A stretch of DNA of 63,929 nt, filler included, from Thraustochytrium aureum (taxonomy: Eukaryota), in NCBI GenBank assembly GCA_012862495.1. It is 4 parts of 3 records of this genome, joined end to end, with 100 filler letters (N's around TTAATTAATTAA, not from the genome) between each part and the next. Parts side by side here need not be neighbours in the genome. Positions count along the whole stretch, not along the records: positions 41,275 to 53,009 come from BLSG01000418.1; positions 53,110 to 63,929 come from BLSG01000419.1; 2 more parts are not named here. The stretch is one strand, 5' to 3'. Below, piece by piece: positions 44,585 to 55,936 of this stretch; position 1 is the stretch's first letter, and each line of letters begins with the position of its first letter. A model generated the notes under the pieces. It made no database searches. It was not told the origin of the DNA and saw only the letters and a list, made by a program, of their open reading frames with translations. The position numbers and the translations under genes were made by a program.

Positions 44585-45799
44585 TGGAAGAGCACAAGAG
44601 CGACTCGGCGCATGCCGAGCTGCAGGACGGGCCAGGCACCGCTCGGAAGGGCGTAGGCGTCGGCGAGCAGGACCGGGAGGACGCTGGCGACGAACGCGTC
44701 GGCGAGCTCGACCGCGAGGGCAATGCTGCTCCCGACGCGGCCCGGCGCGCGGGTGGGGACGGCAAGGGTGGCCCGAGCGCGACGGACGACCTGGCGCAGT
44801 GCCAGGCGCTTGCTGACGTGGTGTGCAGCGCGGCGCTGGAGGCCGGCCGCTGTGCGGACTCGCGACGCGCGATGGACGGGCTCGAGAAGGCGCTGGGACG
44901 CTCCCGCGGTTGGCATAAGAAGGCGATCGACGTGGCTGCCCAGGATGCGAGCAAGCATGCGCTGGAGCTGATTCTCGCTCAAGGGTGGCGGGCCGCTGGC
45001 TGCGGGGAAGGCCGCGATCGAGCACTCGGACAGGGCTCCTCGCGCGGTGCACGGTTCGCGTGCTGGCCGCTGTTAGCGGGCATGCCGAGCTCGCTCCTCC
45101 TGCGGAGGCGATCGGCGAGTGCCCCGCCATGCTCGTCGCGCTCTTGGAGGCGCACAAGGTAGACCGCATCGTCCAGCGCGATGGCTTGCGCGCTGCGGCC
45201 AATGTCTCGTGTATGGACAAGCTTGGACCCGCACTTGCGCAAGGCAGGTGCGTGGAGGCCGCAGAGCAGGCCCTGCGGGACCCGCGAGTCAACGACGACC
45301 GGACCACGGTCGAGCTGGCCCTGACGGCAATCGCCAACCTCTGCAGAGAGCGGAACGAGGCGGCGCTCTTGACTGGCGCAGCATGCGAGGATGCAGACAA
45401 GCAGCAGCAAGGATTCGGTTTACTTGTAGGCGCGCTGTGCGGATCTATGGCGCAGTACCACGACCTCCAGTCAATCCAAACGCGAGCCCTGCAAGCCCTA
45501 GCGAACATCTTTGAGTCTGCGCCGCCAGAGCCCGCGTTCGACCCGAGTCGTTCTCACAACACACCCTTTCGGCCCTCCGCAACTTTTCCGATGTCGTGTT
45601 GATTCAGCGCTATGGCGTGATGGCCGTGGTGAACGCGCTGCGGGCCAAGCAGGACGACCCAGGCTTTCGGCAGTTTCTTTATGATCACGGCGCTCTCCTC
45701 GCTGTCAAGCAAGCCATGTGGGCCTTTGACCTCGACCCGGTCATCACGAAATGGAGCGGCGTGGCCTACGAACTGCTTCAGGAGAGCTCCCCAAGCTGA
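44585..45799 (+). CDS. Armadillo-like repeat protein (frameshifted and/or intron-containing)
   Basis: Helical repeats VELALTAIANLC and IQTRALQALANIF spread over three frames; exon structure is unresolved. Confidence 0.5.
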
Positions 45800-45837
45800 A
45801 GAGCCTATCGCTCGCGTTCGGGGGGCGGGGGCGTCAC

Positions 45838-46269
45838 TCAGGACAGAAACAGCTTGCGATAGAGCGAGTTGTGCCCAGAGTGCAGCACCTCCCCAAGCGG
45901 AAAGGTCTGGTGCGCCTCAGTGGCCGGCCGGTCGCTGTAGGCTGCCAAGTATGCGTCCAGACGCGCAGACAGCGCCGTCTGCAGCCCCACGGCGGCCATC
46001 GGGCCCACAAGCGCCAGTCGCTTGGCTGCAGAGACCATGTCGCGAAGTGCGAGAAACAAAAACATGCGCTGTGCACGCTGCGCGCCGACCCCGAGCAGCC
46101 GCGTCACGACACCGAAAAGCGGAGCAAAGAGGCCGCGCGCGGCCTTGGCCGACACTGCATCACGCATTCGGTCCAGCTCCAGCCTCGCCTGCTCTGTCTG
46201 GGCGAGGCCGGTTGCTGCGATGCGCAGAAATGCGCCCCCTTGGGAAATCGAGGCCTGTAGGGCTGGCGG
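45838..46269 (-). CDS. ureF: Urease accessory protein UreF, C-terminal part
   Basis: ASISQGGAFL, LRDMVSAAKRLALVGP and QTFPLGEVLHSGHNSLYRKLFLS match the eukaryotic UreF C-terminus. Confidence 0.88.
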   Translation of the reverse strand, partial: PPALQASISQGGAFLRIAATGLAQTEQARLELDRMRDAVSAKAARGLFAPLFGVVTRLLGVGAQRAQRMFLFLALRDMVSAAKRLALVGPMAAVGLQTALSARLDAYLAAYSDRPATEAHQTFPLGEVLHSGHNSLYRKLFLS

Positions 46270-47636
46270 NNNNNNNNNNNNNNNNNNNNNNNNNNNNNNN
46301 NNNNNNNNNNNNNNNNNNNNNNNNNNNNNNNNNNNNNNNNNNNNNNNNNNNNNNNNNNNNNNNNNNNNNNNNNNNNNNNNNNNNNNNNNNNNNNNNNNNN
46401 NNNNNNNNNNNNNNNNNNNNNNNNNNNNNNNNNNNNNNNNNNNNNNNNNNNNNNNNNNNNNNNNNNNNNNNNNNNNNNNNNNNNNNNNNNNNNNNNNNNN
46501 NNNNNNNNNNNNNNNNNNNNNNNNNNNNNNNNNNNNNNNNNNNNNNNNNNNNNNNNNNNNNNNNNNNNNNNNNNNNNNNNNNNNNNNNNNNNNNNNNNNN
46601 NNNNNNNNNNNNNNNNNNNNNNNNNNNNNNNNNNNNNNNNNNNNNNNNNNNNNNNNNNNNNNNNNNNNNNNNNNNNNNNNNNNNNNNNNNNNNNNNNNNN
46701 NNNNNNNNNNNNNNNNNNNNNNNNNNNNNNNNNNNNNNNNNNNNNNNNNNNNNNNNNNNNNNNNNNNNNNNNNNNNNNNNNNNNNNNNNNNNNNNNNNNN
46801 NNNNNNNNNNNNNNNNNNNNNNNNNNNNNNNNNNNNNNNNNNNNNNNNNNNNNNNNNNNNNNNNNNNNNNNNNNNNNNNNNNNNNNNNNNNNNNNNNNNN
46901 NNNNNNNNNNNNNNNNNNNNNNNNNNNNNNNNNNNNNNNNNNNNNNNNNNNNNNNNNNNNNNNNNNNNNNNNNNNNNNNNNNNNNNNNNNNNNNNNNNNN
47001 NNNNNNNNNNNNNNNNNNNNNNNNNNNNNNNNNNNNNNNNNNNNNNNNNNNNNNNNNNNNNNNNNNNNNNNNNNNNNNNNNNNNNNNNNNNNNNNNNNNN
47101 NNNNNNNNNNNNNNNNNNNNNNNNNNNNNNNNNNNNNNNNNNNNNNNNNNNNNNNNNNNNNNNNNNNNNNNNNNNNNNNNNNNNNNNNNNNNNNNNNNNN
47201 NNNNAGCGAATTCTGGGCGATTTCCAACATCGCATGCCAGCGAAAAGCCCTGCTCCCCAACGGAGCCAGACTGGCCCTCGCCGCGCCGGCGCCGCGCCTC
47301 TCCTTCTTGGACCTATTTGGGCTTGGCCTTTCCACGCCCCTCTGACCGCACCGCGAGTTCACTCCACGGTCTTGGCCTGAGCTTCACATCAATTGATCAC
47401 GAAAAAAGCTCCTACCGATTGCGTGCGTCGTCCTCGAAGGGACCCGGAGAGTGCGAGTACGCGCGGCGCGAGCGTGCGCGCTGCTCTGGAGTCATTGCAC
47501 TGTGGCGCGGCACTGAGCATGTACGAACGGTTTGGTCTCGCGAGACGATCCGTTTGCGAGTTGTCAACCTCGGGAGTACTTTGGCTTGGAGCTGAGCCTC
47601 ATCATCCAGAAAAGCACAAGGTAGAGGGAGCACACT

Positions 47637-48422
47637 TCAGGTTGACCGATGGGCCATGTGCCACATTGCTGAACACAAAACTGCTGCTTGAACGGTGGCG
47701 ACGGCAGCATCAAACGCCCAAAACTCTTTCAGAGCCAATTCACCTACGCTCCAATCGAACAGGGCGGAGACAGCTGCAGCTGAGGCAGCTGCAATTGTGT
47801 CCGCGTATCCAAACGTCTGTCCAAGGGGACGAGAGGTGAACCTACTGAGAACGACCATCGTTGAAAGCGAAAGAGGCTCTAGCAAGACGTACTTGAGAGT
47901 GTCAAAGCACGGCAACGAGACCATGCACGCTCGATACACGGCATGGTGCAAGACCCACGAGAGGGGCGATGCCGTGTAGATAAAAACCTTGCCATCGTAC
48001 AGCACAGTCTTCCAGTCGTGCTCTCTTGCTTCCAATACCAACCACGTCGTAAGGGTTGCGCAAAGTGCTCGGGAGCCGATGCCGCGGAGCGTTCCGTCGG
48101 TTGGAACAAATGCCATGATTGCTACATTTCCAATAACAGCTACATTCACGTACACTGTAAACATTGGCAGCACCTTGGCGCGCTGTACAGGCGAGATGGC
48201 AGCAAACCCCGACACGGCGCCGAGGCCGAAGGTGAGAACACCGAGCACCTTGACAACTTTACCAACAGACGCAAAGTCCAGATTTCCGGACATGTAAACT
48301 CGAGCTGCATAGGCCGCCGTGAGGCATGACGTCAAACCCAAAACCCCCTCTGGCCGCTGAACAGCAAGGTACGAGTTGGCCACTGTCAAGCCCAGGTGCG
48401 CAAAGGCTGCCGCCAGCCACAT
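47637..48422 (-). CDS. Multi-pass membrane protein of unknown function
   Basis: ATG 48422 and roughly 7 hydrophobic segments; DNA is somewhat less GC-rich than the neighbours. Confidence 0.7.
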   Translation of the reverse strand: MWLAAAFAHLGLTVANSYLAVQRPEGVLGLTSCLTAAYAARVYMSGNLDFASVGKVVKVLGVLTFGLGAVSGFAAISPVQRAKVLPMFTVYVNVAVIGNVAIMAFVPTDGTLRGIGSRALCATLTTWLVLEAREHDWKTVLYDGKVFIYTASPLSWVLHHAVYRACMVSLPCFDTLKYVLLEPLSLSTMVVLSRFTSRPLGQTFGYADTIAAASAAAVSALFDWSVGELALKEFWAFDAAVATVQAAVLCSAMWHMAHRST

Positions 48423-49429
48423 TTCGAGGGCACCAACGCGAGTTGTGCTACTCCAGAGCGCGCAGCGCGCGCAGCGCGCGCAGCGCGGCGCGAGGGCCTT
48501 GCGCTTGCCAAGCGGCGCTTGTCGGACGATGCGAAACGCTGGCTGATCACTCTGCGACCAAGGGGGATCCTCCTTGCTGCGGCCGCGATCGGTGTCTGTC
48601 TCAATCAAGCGAGCAGACGAGCCAACTTGAAAAGCAACAAGCTGTGCAAAATAACATCAGCCCTAATGCAAAACATCAGCCCTAAACCTNNNNNNNNNNN
48701 NNNNNNNNNNNNNNNNNNNNNNNNNNNNNNNNNNNNNNNNNNNNNNNNNNNNNNNNNNNNNNNNNNNNNNNNNNNNNNNNNNNNNNNNNNNNNNNNNNNN
48801 NNNNNNNNNNNNNNNNNNNNNNNNNNNNNNNNNNNNNNNNNNNNNNNNNNNNNNNNNNNNNNNNNNNNNNNNNNNNNNNNNNNNNNNNNNNNNNNNNNNN
48901 NNNNNNNNNNNNNNNNNNNNNNNNNNNNNNNNNNNNNNNNNNNNNNNNNNNNNNNNNNNNNNNNNNNNNNNNNNNNNNNNNNNNNNNNNNNNNNNNNNNN
49001 NNNNNNNNNNNNNNNNNNNNNNNNNNNNNNNNNNNNNNNNNNNNNNNNNNNNNNNNNNNNNNNNNNNNNNNNNNNNNNNNNNNNNNNNNNNNNNNNNNNN
49101 NNNNNNNNNNNNNNNNNNNNNNNNNNNNNNNNNNNNNNNNNNNNNNNNNNNNNNNNNNNNNNNNNNNNNNNNNNNNNNNNNNNNNNNNNNNNNNNNNNNN
49201 NNNNNNNNNNNNNNNNNNNNNNNNNNNNNNNNNNNNNNNNNNNNNNNNNNNNNNNNNNNNNNNNNNNNNNNNNNNNNNNNNNNNNNNNNNNNNNNNNNNN
49301 NNNNNNNNNNNNNNNNNNNNNNNNNNNNNNNNNNNNNNNNNNNNNNNNNNNNNNNNNNNNNNNNNNNNNNNNNNNNNNNNNNNGGCCAGAGGCACGGCCT
49401 CGCGCGGGTTGGCTGCCAAGCAGTGCGCC

Positions 49430-51529
49430 ATGTCCACCGCGGCAGGGGCGAACGCGCTGCTGGAGCAGAGCGGACTGCCCAGGTTTGACCTGTTTCAGGC
49501 TGGACAGGTCAAGGGCGGCATGGAGGAGACGCTGCATCGGTTTGAGAGGGAGTTTGCTGTCTTGGAAGGCGAGCTGGCGAGCGCTGCAGAGAACGGCGCG
49601 ACGTACGAAGCTGTCGTGGACCGCGTGGAGAAGGTCGAGGCGCCCGTGTCGTTTGCGTGGGGGCTCGTCTCCCACCTGACGTCAGTGCGCGACTCGGAGG
49701 AGCTCCGCCTGGCCCACCAGGAGATGCAGCCCAAAGTGGTCAAGGCCATGCAGGCCCTGAGCCAGAGCACGGCCGTTTTTCGTGCGCTCAAGGCGATCGA
49801 CCCGGCCTCCCTTGACCCCGTGCAAGCCCGCGTCGTCGCCAAGAGCGTACGCGGCATGGAGCTGGCTGGGATTGGGCTCGAGGGCGCCGCGCGCGAGTCG
49901 TTCAACGCGCTCAAACTGCGCCAGGCCGAGCTGGCCACCAAGTTTTCCAACAACGTGCTCGACTCCACAAAGGCATTTCGGCTGACCCTGAGCGACCCCG
50001 CCCAAGTCGCCGGCATCCCAGCCTCGGGTCTCGCTTTGATGGCCCACAACGCCCTGGCCGACAGCCCGAACGCCACAGCAGAGCAAGGGCCGTGGGTCGT
50101 CACGTTGGACGCGCCCTGCTTCATGGCCTTCATGCAGCATGGCGAGGACCGCGAGCTGCGCGAGAAGATCTACCGCGCGTACGTGTCGCGCGCCTCGGAG
50201 GGCGAGGCGGACAACGAGCCTCTGATTCGAGAAATTGTGCGCATTAGGCAAGAGGCGAGCGCGATGCTGGGCTTTGGCTCGCACGCCGAGCTGTCCCTCT
50301 CCACCAAGATGGCCGAGTCGCCCGTCAAGGTGCTCGAGCTGCTCGAGTTCATGCGCGTGCGCTCGCGGCCGTTTGCAGAGGCCGAGATGGCCGAGCTCGA
50401 GCGGTTTGCGACAGAGAAGGGCCTCGTCGGCGGGCTCAAGCACTGGGACGTCGCATACTGGGCCGAGCGCGTCAAGCAGGAGCGGTATGGGTTTTCAGAA
50501 GAGGACTTGCGGCCTTACTTTAGCCTTGAGGCGGCTTTGAAGGGCCTGTTCGACCTCGTTGAGCGGCTGTTCTCCGTGCGCATCGTCGCCGCGGATGGCG
50601 AGACGAGCGTGTGGCACCCTGACGTGCGCTACTTTCGAGTGCTGGACGCCGCGTCTGGGGACCAAATAGCGTCGTTCTTCCTGGACCCGTACAGCCGGCC
50701 GGGCGAAAAGAGGTCTGGCGCGTGGATGGGTGTTTGCCAGGGCCGGTCCCGCGTCTTGGACCGCAAGCCGGTGGCCTACTTGGTCTGCAATGGTTCACCG
50801 CCAACGGACGGCAAGCCGTCGCTCATGTCATTTGATCAGGTGCTGACGCTCTTTCACGAGGCGGGCCACGGCCTGCAGCACATGCTCACCTCGGTCGAAC
50901 ACGCTGACGCAGCCGGAATCAACGGGGTTGAGTGGGACGCGGTGGAGCTGCCTAGCCAGTGGATGGAGGAGTGGCTGTACGACCGCGGCACGCTTCTGAC
51001 CTTTGCTCGGCACCATGAGACCGGTGCGCCGCTCCCAGGAGATCTCTTTGACAAGCTGAGTGCGTCGCGCCACTACAACGCCGGCATGTTTATGTTGCGC
51101 CAGCTCAACTTTGCCGCGCTCGACATGGCCTTGCACTCGGCCGACTATGACCCTCAAACGACGAGTCCTGTTGACGTCCAAGTCGGACTCTCGGACAAGT
51201 TTGCTCTGCGAGCACCGCTGCCTGAGGACCGGTTTATTTGCAGCTTCCAGCACATTTTCGCGGGCGGGTACAGCGCCGGGTACTATTCGTACTTGTTCTC
51301 ACGGATCATGTCTTCGGACGCCTTTGCGGCGTTTGAGGAGGTCGGCTTGCAGAACGACAGCGCTATTCGCGAGCTCGGGGCGCGCTTCCGCGAGACGGTG
51401 CTTGGGCTGGGCGGGGGCACCCACCCTGCCGAGGTGTTTCGCAGGTTTCGGGGCCGGGACCCGAGCCCGGAGGCCCTTTTGCGGCACTCTGGGCTCGACA
51501 CCGAGGGAGGAGCGCGAGCCCGCCTCTGA
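49430..51529 (+). CDS. prlC: Oligopeptidase A (peptidase M3A)
   Basis: KFSNNVLDST, FFLDPYSRPGEKRSGAWM, zinc motif TLFHEAGHGLQHML, WDAVELPSQ and FQHIFAGGYSAGYYSY. The N-terminus may extend into the gap. Confidence 0.96.
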   Translation: MSTAAGANALLEQSGLPRFDLFQAGQVKGGMEETLHRFEREFAVLEGELASAAENGATYEAVVDRVEKVEAPVSFAWGLVSHLTSVRDSEELRLAHQEMQPKVVKAMQALSQSTAVFRALKAIDPASLDPVQARVVAKSVRGMELAGIGLEGAARESFNALKLRQAELATKFSNNVLDSTKAFRLTLSDPAQVAGIPASGLALMAHNALADSPNATAEQGPWVVTLDAPCFMAFMQHGEDRELREKIYRAYVSRASEGEADNEPLIREIVRIRQEASAMLGFGSHAELSLSTKMAESPVKVLELLEFMRVRSRPFAEAEMAELERFATEKGLVGGLKHWDVAYWAERVKQERYGFSEEDLRPYFSLEAALKGLFDLVERLFSVRIVAADGETSVWHPDVRYFRVLDAASGDQIASFFLDPYSRPGEKRSGAWMGVCQGRSRVLDRKPVAYLVCNGSPPTDGKPSLMSFDQVLTLFHEAGHGLQHMLTSVEHADAAGINGVEWDAVELPSQWMEEWLYDRGTLLTFARHHETGAPLPGDLFDKLSASRHYNAGMFMLRQLNFAALDMALHSADYDPQTTSPVDVQVGLSDKFALRAPLPEDRFICSFQHIFAGGYSAGYYSYLFSRIMSSDAFAAFEEVGLQNDSAIRELGARFRETVLGLGGGTHPAEVFRRFRGRDPSPEALLRHSGLDTEGGARARL

Positions 51530-51855
51530 CGCGCTGCCGAGGGCGGAGCAAGGACGAAGTAGCTTGAAGTGAGTAGGTAGGTGCCTTTTGACTCGGCTTT
51601 CGGTCAAACGCAGTCCCTTCTTCGCCTGTTTGTTGGTCTTGCTCTTGATTGAGAAAGCAAGCCAAGCAGCGACCGCGTTTCGTGGCCGTTCGTTCCGCGT
51701 TTCGTGGCCGTTCGTTCTTGTAAACCAACTCTACTGATACTTGGTGTGTCACGGTCATGCATGCTACTCTACATAGGCTAAGTGCTGGTTCTGGCCGCAC
51801 TGGAAGGAGAGGGTAAGGTACACAGTTGGGGCCGTCGACCGTGCCCTTTCGCGCG

Positions 51856-53009
51856 CTAGCGCGCGGCGTGGCGAGGCGACGAAGACGACCCCGGGGGCTT
51901 GAGCTTGATGTCCAGCTTGAGGTCCCGAAGCGCAGGCTTGATCGCCTTGATTACATCGCGGCACACCTGCTCGCACTCCCGAACCTTGACTTCCGAGTCC
52001 CAGTAGCGGCGCACCTCAGCGGTGCGGCGCACGTTCTGCACCTCGTTGAACTGCCGCTCGGACCCGTACAAAGCCCCGCCCGCGGGCCCCTCCGGGCACG
52101 CCGCGACGTGGGCGTGCGCGTCGGCGTTGTTTCGGCATTTACGCAGGCACCAACCGCAAAAGTTGACCGAGCAGGCCGAGCACGTGAGCGCGTTGCAGCC
52201 CTCAAAGTCGATAAATGCGTGCCCGTTCGGGCACTTTAGTGTGAGGATCTGGTCCACGATGTGGTCGCGATGGCGGGCTACCGACATCGACTTGAGGTTC
52301 CCTTGCGCACTTTGTCTTCACGCGCCTTGAACTCGGCTTCGAGCTGGTTAACCACCTTGGTCTCTGTGATCCGCTGGATGGCGAGCTCGAGCTGGCCGAA
52401 CGCCTTGTTGCTGACGTGCCGCGCGACCACCGCCGTGCTGAACGGCGCGCCGCTGCACCCGCGCTGCACGCAGGGTACGCGATTGTCATTCGTGACGAGC
52501 GCGACGTCAAAGCCGGGCTCGGACATCGTGCAGACGTACCCCTCCAGGCAGACGTTGCAAACAAAATGCCGTTCCGGCCCGTCGCACGCAAGGCCCTGGT
52601 TGCCCTGGAACGCCTCGCTGCACACGAGGCAGTTTGAGCGAACAGCCTCCTGGCGCGCGAAAAAGCGGTGCTCAAGGAACCCAAGCGCGTTCGCCCCAGC
52701 TGCCTCCGCGGCCAAGAGCTCGTCCACAAGCGCGAGGCCGGCCTCGGCGTCGCCAGGAGCAAGCGCAGAGCCCTCGACCAGGGCTCGTGCAACATGGCCG
52801 AGCGCGACCAGGTCGGCAGACGCGCTCTTGGTCCGGCCCGCGTCAGCTACGGCGCGCACGGCCGGCATGAGCACGGCCCGCCCGCGCAGGTCCACACGAA
52901 TGCAGTCCATCGCGACGGATCCGTGGAAATGCCCTGTCTCCTCGAGGCGGGCCAGCGCGCCCAGCACATCGGTTAGGATGCCCTTGATGGCCTCGCCGCA
53001 CCGAGCGTC
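51856..53009 (-). CDS. Pseudokinase-RING-Rcat (RBR-like E3 ligase) fusion, 5' partial, indel ~52300
   Basis: Kinase C-lobe-like segment (FHGSV...ADLVALG...LEHRFF), RING CLVC...C...HFVCNVC...CVQRGC, then LKCPNGHAFIDFEGCNALTCSACSVNFCGWC. Confidence 0.7.
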
Positions 53010-53109
53010 NNNNNNNNNNNNNNNNNNNNNNNNNNNNNNNNNNNNNNNNNNNNTTAATTAATTAANNNNNNNNNNNNNNNNNNNNNNNNNNNNNNNNNNN
53101 NNNNNNNNN
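53010..53109. other. Artificial scaffold linker
   Basis: TTAATTAATTAA at 53054-53065 between N runs. Confidence 0.97.
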
Positions 53110-54276
53110 CGCAAGCGGCGGCGGGACTTGTGTCATCGGACGCCCCCGCGCTCGCCAGTCTGTCTGAGATTCTGATGGAACGTGCGAATGCGAATCGCGC
53201 TCGGGGTTGCGGGACGGCTGCCCGCAATTGGCGGTCAAGCGGGGCGCGCGCGCACACTCTGCGATCGATCACAACGGCGCACGCCAACTCTTGCGAGCGG
53301 CGAGCCGCCTTACGCTGCGCGCTGCAAGGAGCTGCTTGGGCGCGAGGCGGCACACCGCGTTCCGCGCGAGGGCGGTTGAGCAGGGCACCGGGAAGGGCCT
53401 TATCCGCCTTCCGGCAAAGTGGGTCCCGTGGCGCATTCGCTCTTGCCACGCAAAATCGTGGCCGTGCCAACAATAGCTTGAGCCCTCTTTGCAGGTATGT
53501 AAGGGCTCCTTCCTTGACGGGAGGTTTGGTGGATGCTTCTTGGACAGAAGGCGTCAGATTCATCAATCAACGTGGCTGCTTGGCTGCCGCGGCGGCGCTA
53601 CAGCTTGCCGAACGAAACCTCCTCCGCAGAGGAGAAGGAAGAGTACTTACCGCATCGCGTTCAAGTTGTGTGCCGTGGAAATGCGAGGGCGCACGCTTGG
53701 TTTGCGCTCCGCGGCGGCCCAAAACGATGATCGCACAACAGCGGACTTGACTGCCTTCCTCCCCCACTGGCAGGCAGACAGAGAAAGCGAGCGCCCTTGG
53801 AGAAAGCGACAAGCGACAAGCGAGCGAGCAAGCCGACAAGCCAGACGAAACAGACGAGCAGCTCTCTGACGTTTCGGCCAGTCCTCCCAGCGCCTTGTGA
53901 AGGGAGCAGCGCGCGACCAAAACAGAAAAACAGACTCCCAAAAAGGACGGGCACACGACCAAGGCAAGCTTGGGTCCACGGTCGCAAAGCAACCAACAGC
54001 ACAGGTAAACCTGGCTGGCGTCAGAGCAACTCATAACCGCAAGGACGCAGACGCTGAAAAGGGCCGCGCAGACCTCGTTGAAAAGGGCCGCGCAGTCCTC
54101 GTTGGTCGCCTGCGTTCAGGAACGGCAAGCGCAGCGAGCAGCAGGGAGGTCGGGCAAGCAGGTCGTCGCGCAGCGGCCTGGCCCAGCTCGCGCAGCCGAA
54201 GCAACGCGTAGGTAGTTGTTTGAGGCAGGCCCGGGACGAGCGTCGACCGCGCAGCCAGCGCCGCGCCGCGACAACC

Positions 54277-55936
54277 ATGGGCAACCAGCAGTCAGGCTCG
54301 ATGAGCAAAATGTCCTCGCGGTTCACGCTGCGAGGGCTGAGCTGGCGGCCACCCAAGAAGAGCCTTCCGCCGCTCCCCGGGGAAGACATGCCCCCCAATC
54401 GGGGCCCGCCACCGAGCGGCCCGCCGAACGACCGGCGGCCCAACGAGAGCGGCGAGTGGGACCCGGAGGCCAGCGACGACGGCGAGTGGGGCGAAGAGTC
54501 GCAGCGCGGCTCATGGATCCCCTGGAAGTCGCAGCGCATGACCCGCGACAACCCGAGCCAGGACCTTCGGCGAACAATGGCAAGCACGATGATGGAGGCC
54601 TCCGAGCGCAACCAATCTGTGCGCCAGAGCGCGCTCCAGAGCGCGCGCGAGAGCACCGTGTCGGGCTGGAGCACCGGGTCCGTGGCCCTCAAGGGGCCCG
54701 AGTTCAAGGAGCTGTACGACAAGCTCGTCGCCTTCTACATGAAACACGACCCTGACGCCGTGCTCAACAAGGAGATCGACATCAGCGGCATGACCAAGTG
54801 GTGCCTCGAGAGCGAGGACGGCTCGCTCGAGGAGCTCAACGAAAAGCTCACCGACCGCTTCGGCGAAAACCTGGACGACCTCGAGGGCAACAGCCGGCCG
54901 CTTACGCGCATCCCGAGCTCCAGGCCCTCCGCGACCATGAAGAGCTCATCGGACGGCACCGCGAAGAGCGGGTCGCAGTCCAGCCCTTTCGATTCAGACA
55001 GCGACGAGGACGAGGAGAGCGACGACGAGTCGTGGATGCCCGGCGCTGCCGCCCTGCCGGCGACGAGGACCCCCGCCCCGGCCAGGTCCAGCTTTGCATC
55101 CAAGGCCCCGTCCGAGTCGCAGGAGCAGATCAAGGACCAACCGAGCGGTTCTTCCTGCAGTACGAGCCGGAGGCCCTCAACGACATCGACGAGTACATGG
55201 AAGAGTTCAACGAGCACGGTCGCATGGCGCTCAACGTCAAGCTGTTCCGCGCCTTTGGCAAGAACCTGACCACGATGACGCAGGGCAGCGGCCCGGCGCC
55301 GTCGCGCAAGTCTTCGTCCTGGTCTGCGGCGGATAGCGTCTCGCCAGAGTCGATGGGCCCTGGCGCCAACAGCCAGCGCCCCAGCGTGCGCAAGGCCTCC
55401 AAGTTTGGGGTGCATGTGGCCCCGGACGAGGTCTTGGGCGAGATGAGTCACAGCACGCTGGCCAGCCGCTCGTCCACCATCTTCAAAAAGCCTTCTGGTT
55501 TCCAGACTTCACCACCAAGCGCCAGCAGAAGATCGAGGAGAAGCGCAAGCAGAGCAACGTCTCCGCAAGCCTGCAGCGCAAGTGGAACCACCTCGCCAAC
55601 CGGAACCGCGGCATCAGCACGCGCATCAGCACGCGCATCAGTACAAAGTTCCAGGGCATGCGTGCGCCAGTGCCCGCGCAGTCAAAGCCTGTTGTCGAGA
55701 TCACATCCAAGCCGTCGCCCGCGGTCGCGCCAAAGGTAGTCATCCCCCGGACGGGGCTCCCGGTCGAGACGCTGCCCAAGAAGGCGCAGACCGGCTGCCC
55801 GCGCTTCCAGATCAACCTCGAGGGCGAGTTTGGGACGTGCAAAAACTGCGGCCGGAAGAAGAAGGACCACTTCGAGGACAAGGGGCCCAAGATTGCGCCG
55901 ACGCTCGCGCGTCGCTGGAAAAAGCTCCCCATGTAA
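54277..55936 (+). CDS. Myristoylated protein with two helical repeats and a C-terminal C3H motif (2 indels)
   Basis: MGNQQS start; repeats KLVAFYMKHDP...LNEKLTDRFG and ERFFLQYEP...LNVKLFRAFG; C-terminal CPRFQINLEGEFGTCKNCGRKKKDH. Confidence 0.65.

Noticed and set aside
49430..51529. Bacterial contamination suggested by intronless oligopeptidase A
   Set aside because: It is on the same scaffold as eukaryote-type UreF and an RBR-like ligase, has matching composition, and M3A oligopeptidases are common in protists.
53110..54200. Overlapping Arg/Ala-rich ORFs (likewise 19.6-21.3 kb and 40.1-41.0 kb)
   Set aside because: They have no recognisable motifs and are the chance ORFs expected in high-GC intergenic or UTR DNA.
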